Positions 11,575 to 23,333 of a stretch of DNA of 64,000 nucleotides are shown in pieces. Position 1 is the stretch's first letter, and every line of letters starts with the position of its first letter. The notes below the pieces were generated by a model. It searched no databases. It saw only the letters and a program-made list of their open reading frames with translations, and was not told where the DNA came from. The stretch comes from Heterodontus francisci (lineage: Eukaryota): positions 9,362,001 to 9,426,000 of the forward strand of contig NC_090404.1 in NCBI RefSeq assembly GCF_036365525.1, read 5' to 3'. Both the position numbers and the translations under genes were made by a program.

Positions 11575-12200
11575 CCACGACTATCAACTTTCTGGGGGTG
11601 ACCATTGACCAGAAACTGAACTGGAGTAGCCGCATTAATACTGTGGCTACAAGAGCAGGTCAGAGTTTGGGAATTCTGCAGCGAGTAACTCACCTCCTGA
11701 CTCCCCAAAGCCTGTCCACCATCTACAAGGCACAAGTCAGGAGTGCCTGACTTGTCTGGATAGGTGCAGCTCCAACAACACTCAAGAAGCTCGACATCAT
11801 CCAGGACAAAGCAGCCCGCTTGATTGGCACACCATCCACAAACATTCACTCCCTCCACCACTGACGCACAGTGGCAGCAGTGTGTACCATCTACAAGATG
11901 CACTGCAGCAATGCACCAAGGCTCCTTAGACAGCACCTTCCAAACCCGCGACCTCTACCAACTAGAAGGACAGGGAGAGAAAATACATGGGAACATCACC
12001 ACCTGCAAGTTCCCCTCCAAGCCACACATCATCCTGACTTGGAAATATTCGCTGTTCCTTCACTGGGTCAAAATCCTGGAAATCCCTCCCTACCAGCACT
12101 GTGGGTGTATCTACACCAGATGGGCTGCCATGGTTGAAGAAGGCAGCTCACCATCACCTATCCAGCACCGCCCACATCCCGTGAAACGCATAAAAAAAAC
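11575..12200 (+). mobile_element. CR1/L2-clade LINE 3' fragment
   Basis: FLGVTIDQKLNWSSRINTVATRAGQSLGILQR...STIYKAQVRS RT C-terminal signature followed by an A-rich end. Confidence 0.75.
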
Positions 12201-12409
12201 AACAGAGGGAGATAAAGATCAGATACAGTGATGCACAGATACACTAACAGGGGAGATAGATAAAGGTGAGACTGAGTACAGTGACACAGAGAGACACCAA
12301 TAGAGGGAGATAGTTTAAAGTCATACTGAGTCTAGTGATGCAACTTGCATTGATGTAGCACCGCATCACCCTCTGCAGGAAGTCCCAAAGGCTTTCAGTG
12401 TGACTAATT

Positions 12410-14260
12410 ATAGATGAACGTGACTACTTTATGCGCATAGATATCAGTAATAGAGAGAAGGTGGCTCTATTGCTTAATTCCTAACATCCTACCCCATGCA
12501 TATTTCTGATACGTCGATAATAGTTTTGCTATATCTGAATCTGCAGTTTTTTTTATTCTTTCATGGGCTGTGGGCATCGCTGGCAAGAACAGCATTTGTT
12601 GCCCATCCCTAATTGCTCTTGCAACTGAGTGGCTTGGTAGGTCATTTCAGAAGGCAGTTAAGAGCTGACCACATTTGCTGTGGGTCTGGAGTCACATGTA
12701 GGCCAGACCAGGTAAGGACGGCAGATCTCCTTCCCTAAAGGAGATTAGTGAACCAGTTGGGGTTTTTTATAACAATCGATCAAAGTTTCATGACATCATT
12801 TACTATCATTATGGCACTAGCTTTCAATTCCAGATTTTTTTGTATTAATTAATTGAACTAATCAATCAATTGAATTGAAATTCCATCAGCTGCCATGGTG
12901 GGATTGGAACCTGTGTCCTCAGGGCATTGTCCTGAGCCTCTGGATTACTGGTGTCAGTGACGCTACTGTCTCCCCTACGTGTAAGAATTTCAATCCACAC
13001 CTTAATGCGTGCCATCCCGTGCTCAAATCCACCTTTGAAATGTAGCAGTTTAATGAGCTCCCTTTGCTCGATGTGCTGGTTGAGAAATCCACTAACAGCT
13101 TCCCGATTACTGCCTATTGCAAGCTTATCTTGACTGGTCAGTATACGTTTTGGGATTCCTACAGCTGCACGCAAAATCTCACACATAGGGCCTGACCTAT
13201 TTGCTCACCGTGCAAACGGGAGGCCAAAATAGGGCACATCAAGGCTATCCTGTGGGATAATGGCTACTCCGATGAGGTCACAGATCATTGTGTATCACAC
13301 CTATTCACGAATGGGCGCAAGGCCTCAAATATCCTGGAATGGTTAAGGTATTTCAAAAATCTGAGCAACAGATGAAGCGAGCCGTTTCATGCTGCTGCAA
13401 TGCGGTAGCAACACGAGTGGTACATTCCACTAACATGGTGCTGCTGTCACGCTGAAATGACGTTCTGTAACGCGGTATATGAATTTCAGTGCCAGTGTAA
13501 GGCCAGGTATGTAGGCTGTAGCTCCCAACAACTGGTAGATCATATCAAACAACACGTCTCTGCGGATGTTCGCAATAGGCAGAGTACTGACGACTCAACC
13601 AGCCCCTACTTGCAAAACTCAGAATGCCACTTAGAACCGAGATGAGGAGCAATTTCATTACTCAGAGGGTTGTGAATCTTTGGAATTCGCTACCCCAGAG
13701 GGCTGTGGAAGCTTAGTCATTGAGTATGTCGAAAGCAGAGATTGACAGATGTCTAAATATCATTAAGGAACACGGGGATAGTGTGGGGAAAAGACATTGA
13801 AGTGGATGATCAGCCATGATCGAAATGCATGTGGGAGCAGACTTGATGGGCTGAATGGCCTACTCCTGATCCTATGTTCCTAACGCAATGTTAGATGCAA
13901 TTCCGTGATTGGATAACATTGCTGTACAATCTCGAGTGTGCTAAGAATTACACTGACGACCAATTTAAGATTATCAGTCAGGCTCGCAATGTGGCTCACT
14001 GACACTGCAAAGAACTACATATATTCATACACAGGGACATGTCCGGGTTTTCTGCCTTTTTTGAATTAAACAAAAGCGTGGGGGGACAATAGTTTCCTGG
14101 TGCATTCTCCATGGCAATCGGAGTCGGCTTGCCAACCAATCAGCACCCTTTTCTCATGTGGGATAAATTGTTCTCCCTTTGAAATTTTGCATTCTTGCAT
14201 CTGTCTTGATGAGTGCAAGACAAAACCTCGACAGCATGTCTCTTTTTTCAGCAATACTCA
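12410..14260 (+). mobile_element. Decayed Penelope-like element (RT plus GIY-YIG) with nested SINE and CR1 fragments
   Basis: YVDNSFAI (RT YxDD remnant, ~12510), LPLLDVLVEK, AVYEFQCQCKARYVG (GIY-YIG, 13457-13645), and a 3' pLTR-like end with a degenerate hammerhead at 14201-14234. Confidence 0.7.
12547..12975 (-). mobile_element. Shark SINE nested in the Penelope element
   Basis: T-rich tail at 12547 and a B-box-like tRNA head in reverse orientation near 12900-12970; interrupts the RT remnant. Confidence 0.55.
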
Positions 14261-15166
14261 AATATCTGTTACTATTCTTTAGTGGATCCTGATTGAAGGG
14301 AAGAATGTTGTCCTGGAGACAGTGTGGCACCATGGGAGATTTAATGTTATTGGTTCAGATTATCCCCGGAAAGACCGTATCCTTTCAGCACTGCACCGAT
14401 TGGAAACCTGGTCAATACACACAGCTTCTGAAGTTGAGGTGGAATCCACAATCTGATTCTGAAACCAGAGTCGTCACTTTAGCCAAGCTGCTACGAAAAT
14501 CCTTAATAAGATAAGATGCCATTTTATATTTACAATTTCACCATGACAATGATTAATACTGCTAAGTTACTGCTAAGCTGCTAATACCACAAAAATATGT
14601 AACTTCAGGGGATAATTTTAGAAAGTTTTAATTGATGCAACTGAAATTCAATAAATCGTGAAATCTGTCAGCAGGGGAGGAGGCCATTCGGCCCATCCTG
14701 TCAGCTCTTTGAAAGAGCTATCCAATCAGTTTCATTCTCCTGGTCTTTCTGCAAAGCCCTGGAACGAGCAGTTACACTAAAACTGAAATTCACAAATCCA
14801 TTTGTGACACTGCAATTTACTTCTTGTCCTTTGCTGCCCTTTCCGTGCCTGCCTGCAATATTGAGCAGCTCTTTCCCCGTCTCCCCTGTCAGTTTCCCGG
14901 AGTCTTTGACCGAAGCCTGTTCACAGGGTTTATTTGATCAGAGTGTGTTGCTGATTCAGAGACCGTTTATACACAATGCACAGATTTCACAAGGTGGTGA
15001 CTGTGATCTTTAAAACAAGCTCCTAGTACAGTTCCCCCTGTGTCCATTGTGCTTCAGGGTGTCTCCTTAATGCTGGAATGTTTTCTGTCACCATCAACAA
15101 TCCCCATCTTGCTGGTGATAATTAACAGACCAGGGTTTCATTCCCACCCCCGGTCTCTAAATGTGC

Positions 15167-15349
15167 AACCATTCCCCTGTCAGGTCTCTGACTGGAACCC
15201 AGCTCGGGATGTTTCCATTCACTGACAGCCAGCTCACCACCTACCCGTCTCACATCACCACTGGGGACACAAGGAAGTGAGGTGAGAGAATCCTGAGACA
15301 GGACAGCAGATTATTGAGGGTGGGGATTAGAACGGGTGTCTTCAAATAT
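15167..15349 (+). repeat. Inverted copy of the V-gene promoter (left arm)
   Basis: About 90% identical to the reverse complement of 16115-16298; includes the ETS/PU.1-like AAGGAAGTGA. Confidence 0.9.
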
Positions 15350-15577
15350 GTGTCTGTGTTGGATCTGTCTGTCTGACTGGATTCTGCAGATTGTTTTCTC
15401 GGCCGCTCCTGGAAACAGTTGGGTGACAGTTTGATCCGAGGTTAATTTGGTTTCCTCTCGGTGTGTGTTTGAGAGCCTGACAGCGCGCTGCACATTGTGG
15501 CTGCATCTGAAGTTACATATTTTTGCGATTCTACGCAACCCCCAACAGACAGGAGCTCCCACCCACAGTCCAAAGGC

Positions 15578-15616
15578 AGTTTTTGTACAGGGGTGAGACT
15601 GCTTTCCATCACTGTG
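15578..15616 (-). other. Recombination signal sequence, 23-bp spacer
   Basis: Heptamer CACAGTG (15610-15616), 23-nt spacer (15587-15609), nonamer ACAAAAACT (15578-15586). Confidence 0.96.
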
Positions 15617-16082
15617 AGGCTGAAGGCGCAGTAATACACGGCAGCGTCAGTCAGCTGCAGCTCCGAGATGGTTAAACTGGTGAATTTAGTCGCTTTCTGG
15701 AGCTTTACAGAGAAACGGATTTTAGCAAAATCTGCTTTATATTCACCACCGCTCGAGTATTTCCTCAGTATAAACTCGGGCTGTGTATCTGGGTGTTGTC
15801 GATACCAGTATAATATATAGCTGCTCATTGTAGTATCATAGGTACAGCTTAAAGTCAACGCTTCTCCTTCTGTCTTAACATCTGAGGGCAGGAGCTGAGT
15901 GACAGAATCTCCATGACTCCGATCTGAAAAACATGTTTAAACAGGAAAAGATCAGACTGACGACTGTTTAAAATTCAGATTTAAACCATGTTTGTGAAAT
16001 GGGAGAAAAGATGAAATGTGTTTAGTCCATAATTACCTGTCAGAAATGCTCCCCACACAACCCAGATGCTGAGCAGCCGCAT
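15617..16082 (-). CDS. T-cell receptor alpha/delta variable gene segment, intact (leader exon 16037-16082, V exon 15617-15923)
   Basis: Leader MRLLSIWVVWGAFLT|GTAATT, AG acceptor at 15924-15925; V domain DSVTQ...LTLSCTYDT...LYWYRQHP...FILRK...LTISELQLTDAAVYYCAFS, then a 23-RSS. Confidence 0.93.
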
Positions 16083-16114
16083 TGTCGCTGTCAGCTCTGT
16101 AAAAGGGGAGTTGG

Positions 16115-16298
16115 ATATTTGAAGACACCCGTTCTAATCCCCACCCTCAATAATCTGCCGTCGTGTCTCAGGATTCTCTCACCTCACTTCCTTGTGTCCC
16201 CAGTGGTGCTGTGAGAGCGGTAGGTGGTGATCTGGCTGTCAGTGAATGGAAACACCCCGAGCTGGGCTACAGTCACTGTGCTTATATGGGGAATGGTT
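16115..16298 (-). promoter_or_regulatory. Proximal promoter region of the intact V gene (right arm of the inverted repeat)
   Basis: Starts 33 bp upstream of the ATG; ETS motif AGGAAGTG; duplicated in inverted orientation at 15167-15349. Confidence 0.6.
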
Positions 16299-18350
16299 CC
16301 GCTGTTGGAGACGTGGCGCTGCATTTTATAAGCTGCGCCCCAAAGTAGGCCGGGCGCAGGCGCGACTTGTGGGCCATGGGAGCTCATTTAAATAGAGCGG
16401 GCGGAATGCCGCTCCGATGACGTAATCGAAACGTTCGGTGCCACCGCGCAGGCGCCGGCGCCATTTTTAAAGAGCTTTAAAGCCCTTCAGATAAATTTAC
16501 ATTTTTAAAGGTCCCGCTGCACGAAACTTGTAAATATAATTTGATTTAAACTTCGAATTCTCTCTCCCACCACCCCCACCCCCACTAAGTTTCCCATAAA
16601 TAAAATGACCTATCCCTCCAGAAAACCACCTTTTAGTGTGTCGAACATTCACCCACCAACGTCAGTACCTTTGGCCCTCAACGCCTTGCCACCATCCCCA
16701 CAACCAATCGGAGCGGTTTTCCTCTCACACCCCCCCCCCCCCACCTCACCCCCACCCCTCCCGTCCTGCAAATTTCACTCCTCCTCCTCTCCTCGCCAGT
16801 GTCACGCCTCGGATCCCGTACGGAGATGGGATGGCCGTCGCTCCCAGGTAAGTGTTTATTCATTACTTTTAATATGATTGGCATATTCAGATGTAGGCAT
16901 CGCCGCCGCCAGTAAAATGTGGTGGGGCCTTCCGGCGTCGGAGAGCTGGTAATATTCAGCCCGTGAGCCCGAGGACTGAAACCCACGGTCTGGTAAAGCC
17001 TTGATTAACCCTTCTATAACCCTGGTTATTGTACCGGAAACGTGAGATTGTTAATCGATTTGGTTAATTCTGGCGTCAATTCTTCCTCTCAAATTCCAGT
17101 CACTTCACCATCAGGACACTGGTAACCGTGACTGCAGTGAGATTTCCCTCACCGAACAGTTAACTAGTGAACTAACAATGATTCTGTAATTTGCCGGAGT
17201 GATTTATAGATCCGTCATATTGGAACGATGATATCTGCTGTTACAGAACGAACAATTGAACAGACATAAACAGAATAAACTCTCACTGTGATTTAAACAG
17301 CATGTCACTGGTTTGTATTTAAAATGCTGTCTAAATCCTTTCTGTTAAATTCTGACATTCTTTGTGCCCGTAATTATTAACTTAAATGTCCATAATCTAC
17401 GGATCTACAGATTTTGGATTTGCAATGCGAGAAAATTGAGAGAGCGGCGCATCGATTTTTGTTTAACAATTTGCCGCTCATCGGCTGATAGTGGCGGGAG
17501 CAGAGCGCAGGGAGCGGGTTCAAAGCCTCCAGGGTGAGGTGTCGGGCGGATTCTCATAACAAGAACCCAACACCAACAGGACATGAAAATCTTCCCTTAC
17601 AACTTTCACTCAGAATCGAAAAAGGAGTGGAGCAGAAAAATAAACAAAATGCAGGCGGTTTTGGTGGGTCTTTCTCTCCTTTGGCATCAATCTCCACTAA
17701 TGGGTGCAGAATCAGATCTCATGTCAGATCAGATATCTCTCATTCACATTTTAATATACTTTTCCCATCTTCTACACCTCCCACTCATAGATCAGAGAGA
17801 GAGACAGCAGCAGAGGGCAGAGCTTCTTGGGGCAGTATCCATTTGTAAGGAACTGAATTAAATAATAAATTCCTCTTCGGAAATTATATAACTCGGCCTC
17901 GCTATAAAAGCTGCGGTACTGCCACATTCATTACGTTTTGGGGGAAAGAAGGCTCGGGACAGGAGTGTTAGCACTATTATGTTATGCAATAATAAGCAAA
18001 ATCTTCCTCAGTGAGGTTGGTTTAAACCAGGGCTGAATCTATGGGCAGTTGGGTTGGAGTGGGTCTGAATGAAGGAACAAGTGTTTATATCTGTAATCTA
18101 AAGAGTGGAAGAAGGGAATGTATACAATTGTGGGTAAAGACTGGAGGTAGGGTGCGATAAGAAACACGTAGGGGAGGAAAGGGCATCAAAAGACTAAAAG
18201 GTGACGAAAGGCATCACAAAGTTGCACTCACAAATCTGCGCAGGTGGACCTCGCCTGTTGATGCTGAAGTTTCTAGTCAGTTGTAGTTTTAAGAATCCCC
18301 AGTGACTCTCACTGTGAAGGCGGAATTATTGCTTCTATTTATCGGTGTGA

Positions 18351-18369
18351 GAGCGCCCTCTGGTGAGCA
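18351..18369 (-). promoter_or_regulatory. CTCF motif just downstream of the V pseudogene RSS
   Basis: Minus strand TGCTCACCAGAGGGCGCTC is a near-consensus CTCF site, ~22 bp beyond the nonamer-like GCAGAAACC (18391-18399). Confidence 0.65.
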
Positions 18370-18430
18370 CTAACTGGAACTCTCAGTGTGGGTTTCTGCC
18401 CGGGATCTGCTGTACCTCGGCGGCAGGAAT

Positions 18431-20429
18431 GGGGCTCATGCCACAGAAATACACGGCGCTGTCAGAGATCAGGGTGTTGCCGATCGTTAGCTCGGTAATT
18501 TTGGCAGTTTTATTAAACGTAGTAGAAAATGAATCAGTGATTTTTTTTAATTTCCAAAATATACTTTATTCATAAAAATCTGTAAAAATACATTACCAAA
18601 CAGTTTCAAACAGCACCAATTCAAAAATTACTAACAGTGCAAAGGTGATCGGTTTCCTTCAATACAATCATGAGTTGCCTCACAACCCTTCCATTTCACA
18701 TTTGTCGTGCCAGATACATTTTTACATTTTACAGGAGACAAAATTTTCCCGATACAATTCGAGGGCTTTCCCATGCATCCAGCTCCTCAGTTCAGCTTGG
18801 TGGGGGGACCTTACACAGTGGTCTTTCCCCATTGAGCCTTTGCTGCGGCTGCCCCAAGCTTTAGTGCGTCCCTCAGCACGTAGTCCTGGACCTTGGAATG
18901 TGCCAGTCTGCAACATTCGGCGGTGGACAACTCTTTGCGCTGGAAGACCAGCAAGTTTCGGGCAGACCAAAGGGCGTCTTTCACCGAATTGATAGTCCTC
19001 CAGCAGCAGTTGATGTTTATTTTAGTGTGCGTCCCTGGGAACAGCCCGTAGAGCACAGACTCCTGTGTTACAGAGCTGCTTGGGAAGAACCTCGACAAAA
19101 ACCACTGCATCTCTTTCCACACCTGCTTTGCAAAGACACATTCCAGAAGGAGGTGGGCAACCGTCTCTTCCGTACCACAGCCACCTCGAGGGAAGCGTGC
19201 GAAGGGGATGAGACTTTGGGCGTGCAGGAAGGATCTGACGGGAGGGCTCTTTTCACCACCAGCCAAGCTACATCTTGGTGCTTGTTTGAAAGTTCTGGTG
19301 ATGAGGCATTCCACCAAATGACTTTGGCGGTCTGCTCGGGGAACCATCCGATAGGGTCCACCATCTCCTTTTCCCATCGGGCCTTGAGGACATTCCGTGC
19401 AGACCACTGCCTGATGGACTGGTGGTCAAAGGTGTTTTCCCGCAGAAATTGCTCCACGAAGGATAGGTGGTACGGCACAGTCCAACTGGATGGAGCGTTC
19501 CGCGGCAATGTGACCAGACCCATCCTTCACAACACTGGGGACAGATAGAACCTCAGCACATAGTGACACTTGGTCTTTGCGTACTGGAGGTCTACACACA
19601 GCTTGATGCAGCCACACACGAAGGTGGTCATCAGGATGAGGGCGACGTTGGGTAAGTTTTTCCCGCCCTTATCCAGAGGTTTGAACATTGTGTCCCTCTG
19701 GACCCGGTCCATTTTAGATCCCCAGATGAAGTGGAAAATGGCTCGGGTGACCGCCACAGCACAGAAGTGGGGTATAGGCCAGACCTGCACCACGTACAGC
19801 AACAACGTGAGCGCCTCGCACCTGATGACCAGGTTCTTACCCACAATGGAGAGAGATCGCTGCCCCCACATGCTCAACTTTTGCTGTACCTTGGCTACTT
19901 GCTCCTCCCAGGTTTTGGTGCATGCCCCGGCCTTCGGAACCATATCCCCAGCACCTTCAGGTAGTTTGACCTGACGGTGAAGGGGACAAAGGATCGGTCA
20001 GCCCAGGTCCCAAAGAACATGAAAATTGATCAGTGATGTCGGTGTTCCTATATACATTCCCTCCAATAAGACGAAGCATGTAGTATGGAGATTTCCCGGG
20101 GTGCTGACTGTACCAGTACACATCAGGGTCAAAGGCGCTTGTGTCCAAGGTGCAGGTTACAGTGACGTTAATTTCTTCTTCAGCAGTTATTTCAACAACC
20201 GGCTTTGTTTCTTGGTGGCCCCATTCTAACATAAAAATAATAGAAATAGCACCATCGTATCATCAACTTCATATTGATCAACATAACTATCATCATCATC
20301 ATCACTATTATTTTACCAACAAAAATATCTGGATTACAGCAGTCAGCGGGAGAATGGATTTTTACTGGGAAGGAAATACTTACTGAGAAGTGATATAATG
20401 ATGAGAAGCTGTGAGAGACGGTTCCCCAT
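18431..20429 (-). pseudogene. TCR alpha/delta V pseudogene split by a Tx1-like LINE
   Basis: Leader MGNRLSQLLIIISLL|GTAAGT (20384-20429); V exon from 20225 (...VTVTCTLDT...VYWYSQHPGKSP...) resumes at ~18524 (TTFNKTAKITELTIGNTLISDSAVYFCGMSP); RSS heptamer is not canonical. Confidence 0.9.
18541..20020 (-). mobile_element. 5'-truncated Tx1/L1-clade LINE
   Basis: RT C-terminus plus CCHC-type zinc region (ETVAHLLLECVFAKQVW), AATAAA and poly-A end; 16-bp TSD with 2 mismatches (gaaaatgaatcagtga 18525-18540, gaaaattgatcagtga 20021-20036). Confidence 0.88.
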
Positions 20430-21663
20430 GATACTTCCTGAATCTGTAACTCTGCAGTGCAGGAAACTCTCTGTCGGAACAGAAATACAGATCCCCGTCC
20501 CACTGCACTGCTGATCCAACCAATGACAGGAATAGACCCGCGGCAGCAATCCCTCCAATAACACAATCGGGTCAGAGCGAGAGCAGCAAACGGAAGCTGT
20601 GGGCGGGGATACCGCAGACTCAAAATTGAGCGAAGTGTGCGGAGACACTCAGCTGGACTCGGAACTGATGGAGCGGGAATAGCAACGGTTGAATCTCCAG
20701 AAGTCTGTGGCCATCCTGCACCTGCTCACTGTTCAATTGACCGGCAACAAATGGAGTGGGAGGGGCATGAAGAGACTGGAATAATAGAAACTTAGAGCAC
20801 GGAATGAGGCCATTCGGCCTATCGTACTTGATCCTCCTTGACAGAGCTCTCCCATTCATCTTTCACTCCCTGCATTTCCACAAAGACCGGCATTTTTCCT
20901 TTTCAAGTTATATACAATCCCCTTTTGAAAGTTACCATTGAATCTTCTTCCGCCATCCTTTTAGGCAGTACATTCGAGATTTTAACAAATCGCAGTGAAA
21001 TAAACCTCATCTTGGCTTGTCTTTTTTATCATTTCTCTTAAATCCGAGTGCTTGGGTTATTAAATTTTCTGCTAGTAGAAACAGCTACGTGTGATCTACT
21101 CTGTGGGCAATTCCTGTGTCTTTAGTCTTGTTCACAAAACAGTCGCTCATCCCAGGTACCACTTTCTCCAATGTTTTGACATTCTTTCCAAATAGTGGTG
21201 CCCAGAATTGGACACAGAACTCTAGCTGATGTCTGAACAGTGATTTACAAAGGTTTAACATCACTTTCTGGCATAAATTTCAACGACTGGGTCTAATGAG
21301 CTGCAATTTAGATTTCTAGGAGACAGTGTCAGACGTTCGTGTTTTTAGCTGTAATTCAATAAACCCTAAATCCACTCAATGGCCCCATTCTAAACCAGAT
21401 TGAACAGAATCCGCCAGCAAAGGGCGCTAAACTCAAAATGGTAATTACAAAGTCATGTGATGCCAGCGCGGAGGCCAATAGGGATCGCAGGCTGAGTGAG
21501 GTCACAGTAGGACCGCCCCCTGCAGTGTGTGGGTGGAACAATGAACTGAACAGGTCACCTCTCTCCCCTTCTCAATCACTGGCTCATTCCATTCCCATTC
21601 ACTGCGAGGGATTTAGTCAGACATGACCTTCTCCACGGTAAATACAGACGAGAATTATTCATT

Positions 21664-22000
21664 TTAGACCTCGCCCATTTCCCGTGGCTCCACACTGATC
21701 CTTAAGGGGACCTTCTCTCTCTCTCTAGCTACCCTTTTACTCTTAATATACTGATAGAATCTTTTAGGATTCGCCTTTATCTTATCTGCCAGGGAAATCT
21801 CATGACCCCTTTTTGCCCTCCTAATTTCCTTCTTAAGTGTACTCCTACATCCCCTATACTCCCCGAGGGACTCGCTCGATCCCAGCTGCCTATACCTGAC
21901 ATATGCCTCCTTCTTTGTCCTAACCAGACCCTCAATAAGGTTGAGGGCAAGGTTCCCTAAACTTGCCATCTAACAGGAACATGCTGGCCCTGAACTCTTC
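21664..22000 (-). mobile_element. CR1 LINE ORF2 fragment
   Basis: KKEIRRAKRGHEISLADKIKANPKRFYQYIKSKR is the typical CR1 linker between the EN and RT domains. Confidence 0.75.
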
Positions 22001-22701
22001 CTAAAAGATATTAATATCAATACAGATGTTAGCCTGGAAATTGGTCTCGGGTGACACGCGTGCCATCGGATCGGCCGCCCGTTCTACGCGGCGCCTGATA
22101 TTCAGTTTCATTTCAGTCAATCGAATCAAATATCAGGCGCTGCCTATACCAGGCGATCAATCCGATACTGTCCTTTCTGTGCCTGAGACCAATTTCTACC
22201 TCATATATTTATGTGTGTTGGGTGGGTGTAATCATTTTTTGTATGGAGGAATATGCTTAATCGTGTTAATAGCTATCAGTAGCTGCGTGAAATTTCTAAT
22301 TGCTCTGGTATTTTGTGGGTAGTATTTGTGTTGAAAGGATGGGGTGACTCTCCCAGAGATAAACTGGGATTGAGGGACAGGAATAAAGGTGAGCAATGGT
22401 GTATTGCACTTTTCACTACTTAGTAACAAACTCTGTTGTGTTAAACTTTGCTAATTGAGTCTTGTGTTGCATTGTGACAATTCCCCAGTTTTTAATGTAA
22501 AGGTTTTTTTTTGCCCTTGCAGCATTTTCAGTTTAGCTTTCACCTCACCTAGTGTTCGTGTTCCAAACAGTCGGGAACTGTGACTTCCCAGTACCGGCTG
22601 ACGGGCTGCCGCAGGGTCCTAATGACCACCAATTATACCTCTCCTCTGATCATTAGAAAAAACTGAAATGAGAGCACATAATGTGTTATATATACGAGTG
22701 T

Positions 22702-23333
22702 ATACGGCAGCGAGGCCTGGACAACGTATGCCAGCCAAGAGCGACGTCTCAATTCATTCCATCTTCGCTGCCTTCGGAGAATACTTGGCATCAGGTGGCA
22801 GGACTATATCTCCAACACAGAAGTCCTTGAAGCGGCCAACATCCCCAGCTTATACACACTACTGAGTCAGCGGCGCTTGAGATGGCTTGGCCATGTGAGC
22901 CGCATGGAAGATGGCAGGATCCCCAAAGACACATTGTACAGCGAGCTCGCCACTGGTATCAGACCCACCGGCCGTCCATGTCTCCGTTATAAAGACGTCT
23001 GCAAACGCGACATGAAATCGTGTGACATTGATCACAAGTCGTGGGAGTCAGTTGCCAGCATTCGCCAGAGCTGGCGGGCAGCCATAAAGACAGGGCTAAA
23101 TTGTGGCGAGTCGAAGAGACTTAGTAGTTGGCAGGAAAAAAGACAGAGGCGCAAGGGGAGAGCCAACTGTGCAACAGCCCCAACAAACAAATTTCTCTGC
23201 AGCACCTGTGGAAGAGCCTGTCACTCCAGAATTGGCCTTTATAGCCACTCCAGGCGCTGCTTCACAAACCACTGACCACCTCCAGGCGCGTATCCATTGT
23301 CTCTCGAGATAAGGAGGCCCAAAAGAAAGAAAG
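22702..23333 (+). mobile_element. RTE (BovB-like) LINE 3' fragment
   Basis: Near-identical to the 3' end of the RTE at 53794-56212; TSD atacgagtgt (22692-22701 and 23334-23343). Confidence 0.9.

Noticed and set aside
16274-16280. Heptamer at the outer edge of the V-flanking inverted repeat (Transib/RAG-transposon-like end)
   Set aside because: Absent from the other arm; no nonamer and no TSD around the cassette.
18384-18390. Alternative heptamer CACACTG giving the V pseudogene an extended germline CDR3
   Set aside because: No nonamer at 12 or 23 nt downstream; the frame stops within the motif.
15617-20429. NARTCR or IgH-like (TAILV) identity of the V segments
   Set aside because: Both have their own leader exons and TCR-like frameworks; no extra CDR1 cysteine and no nearby D/J mini-cluster seen.
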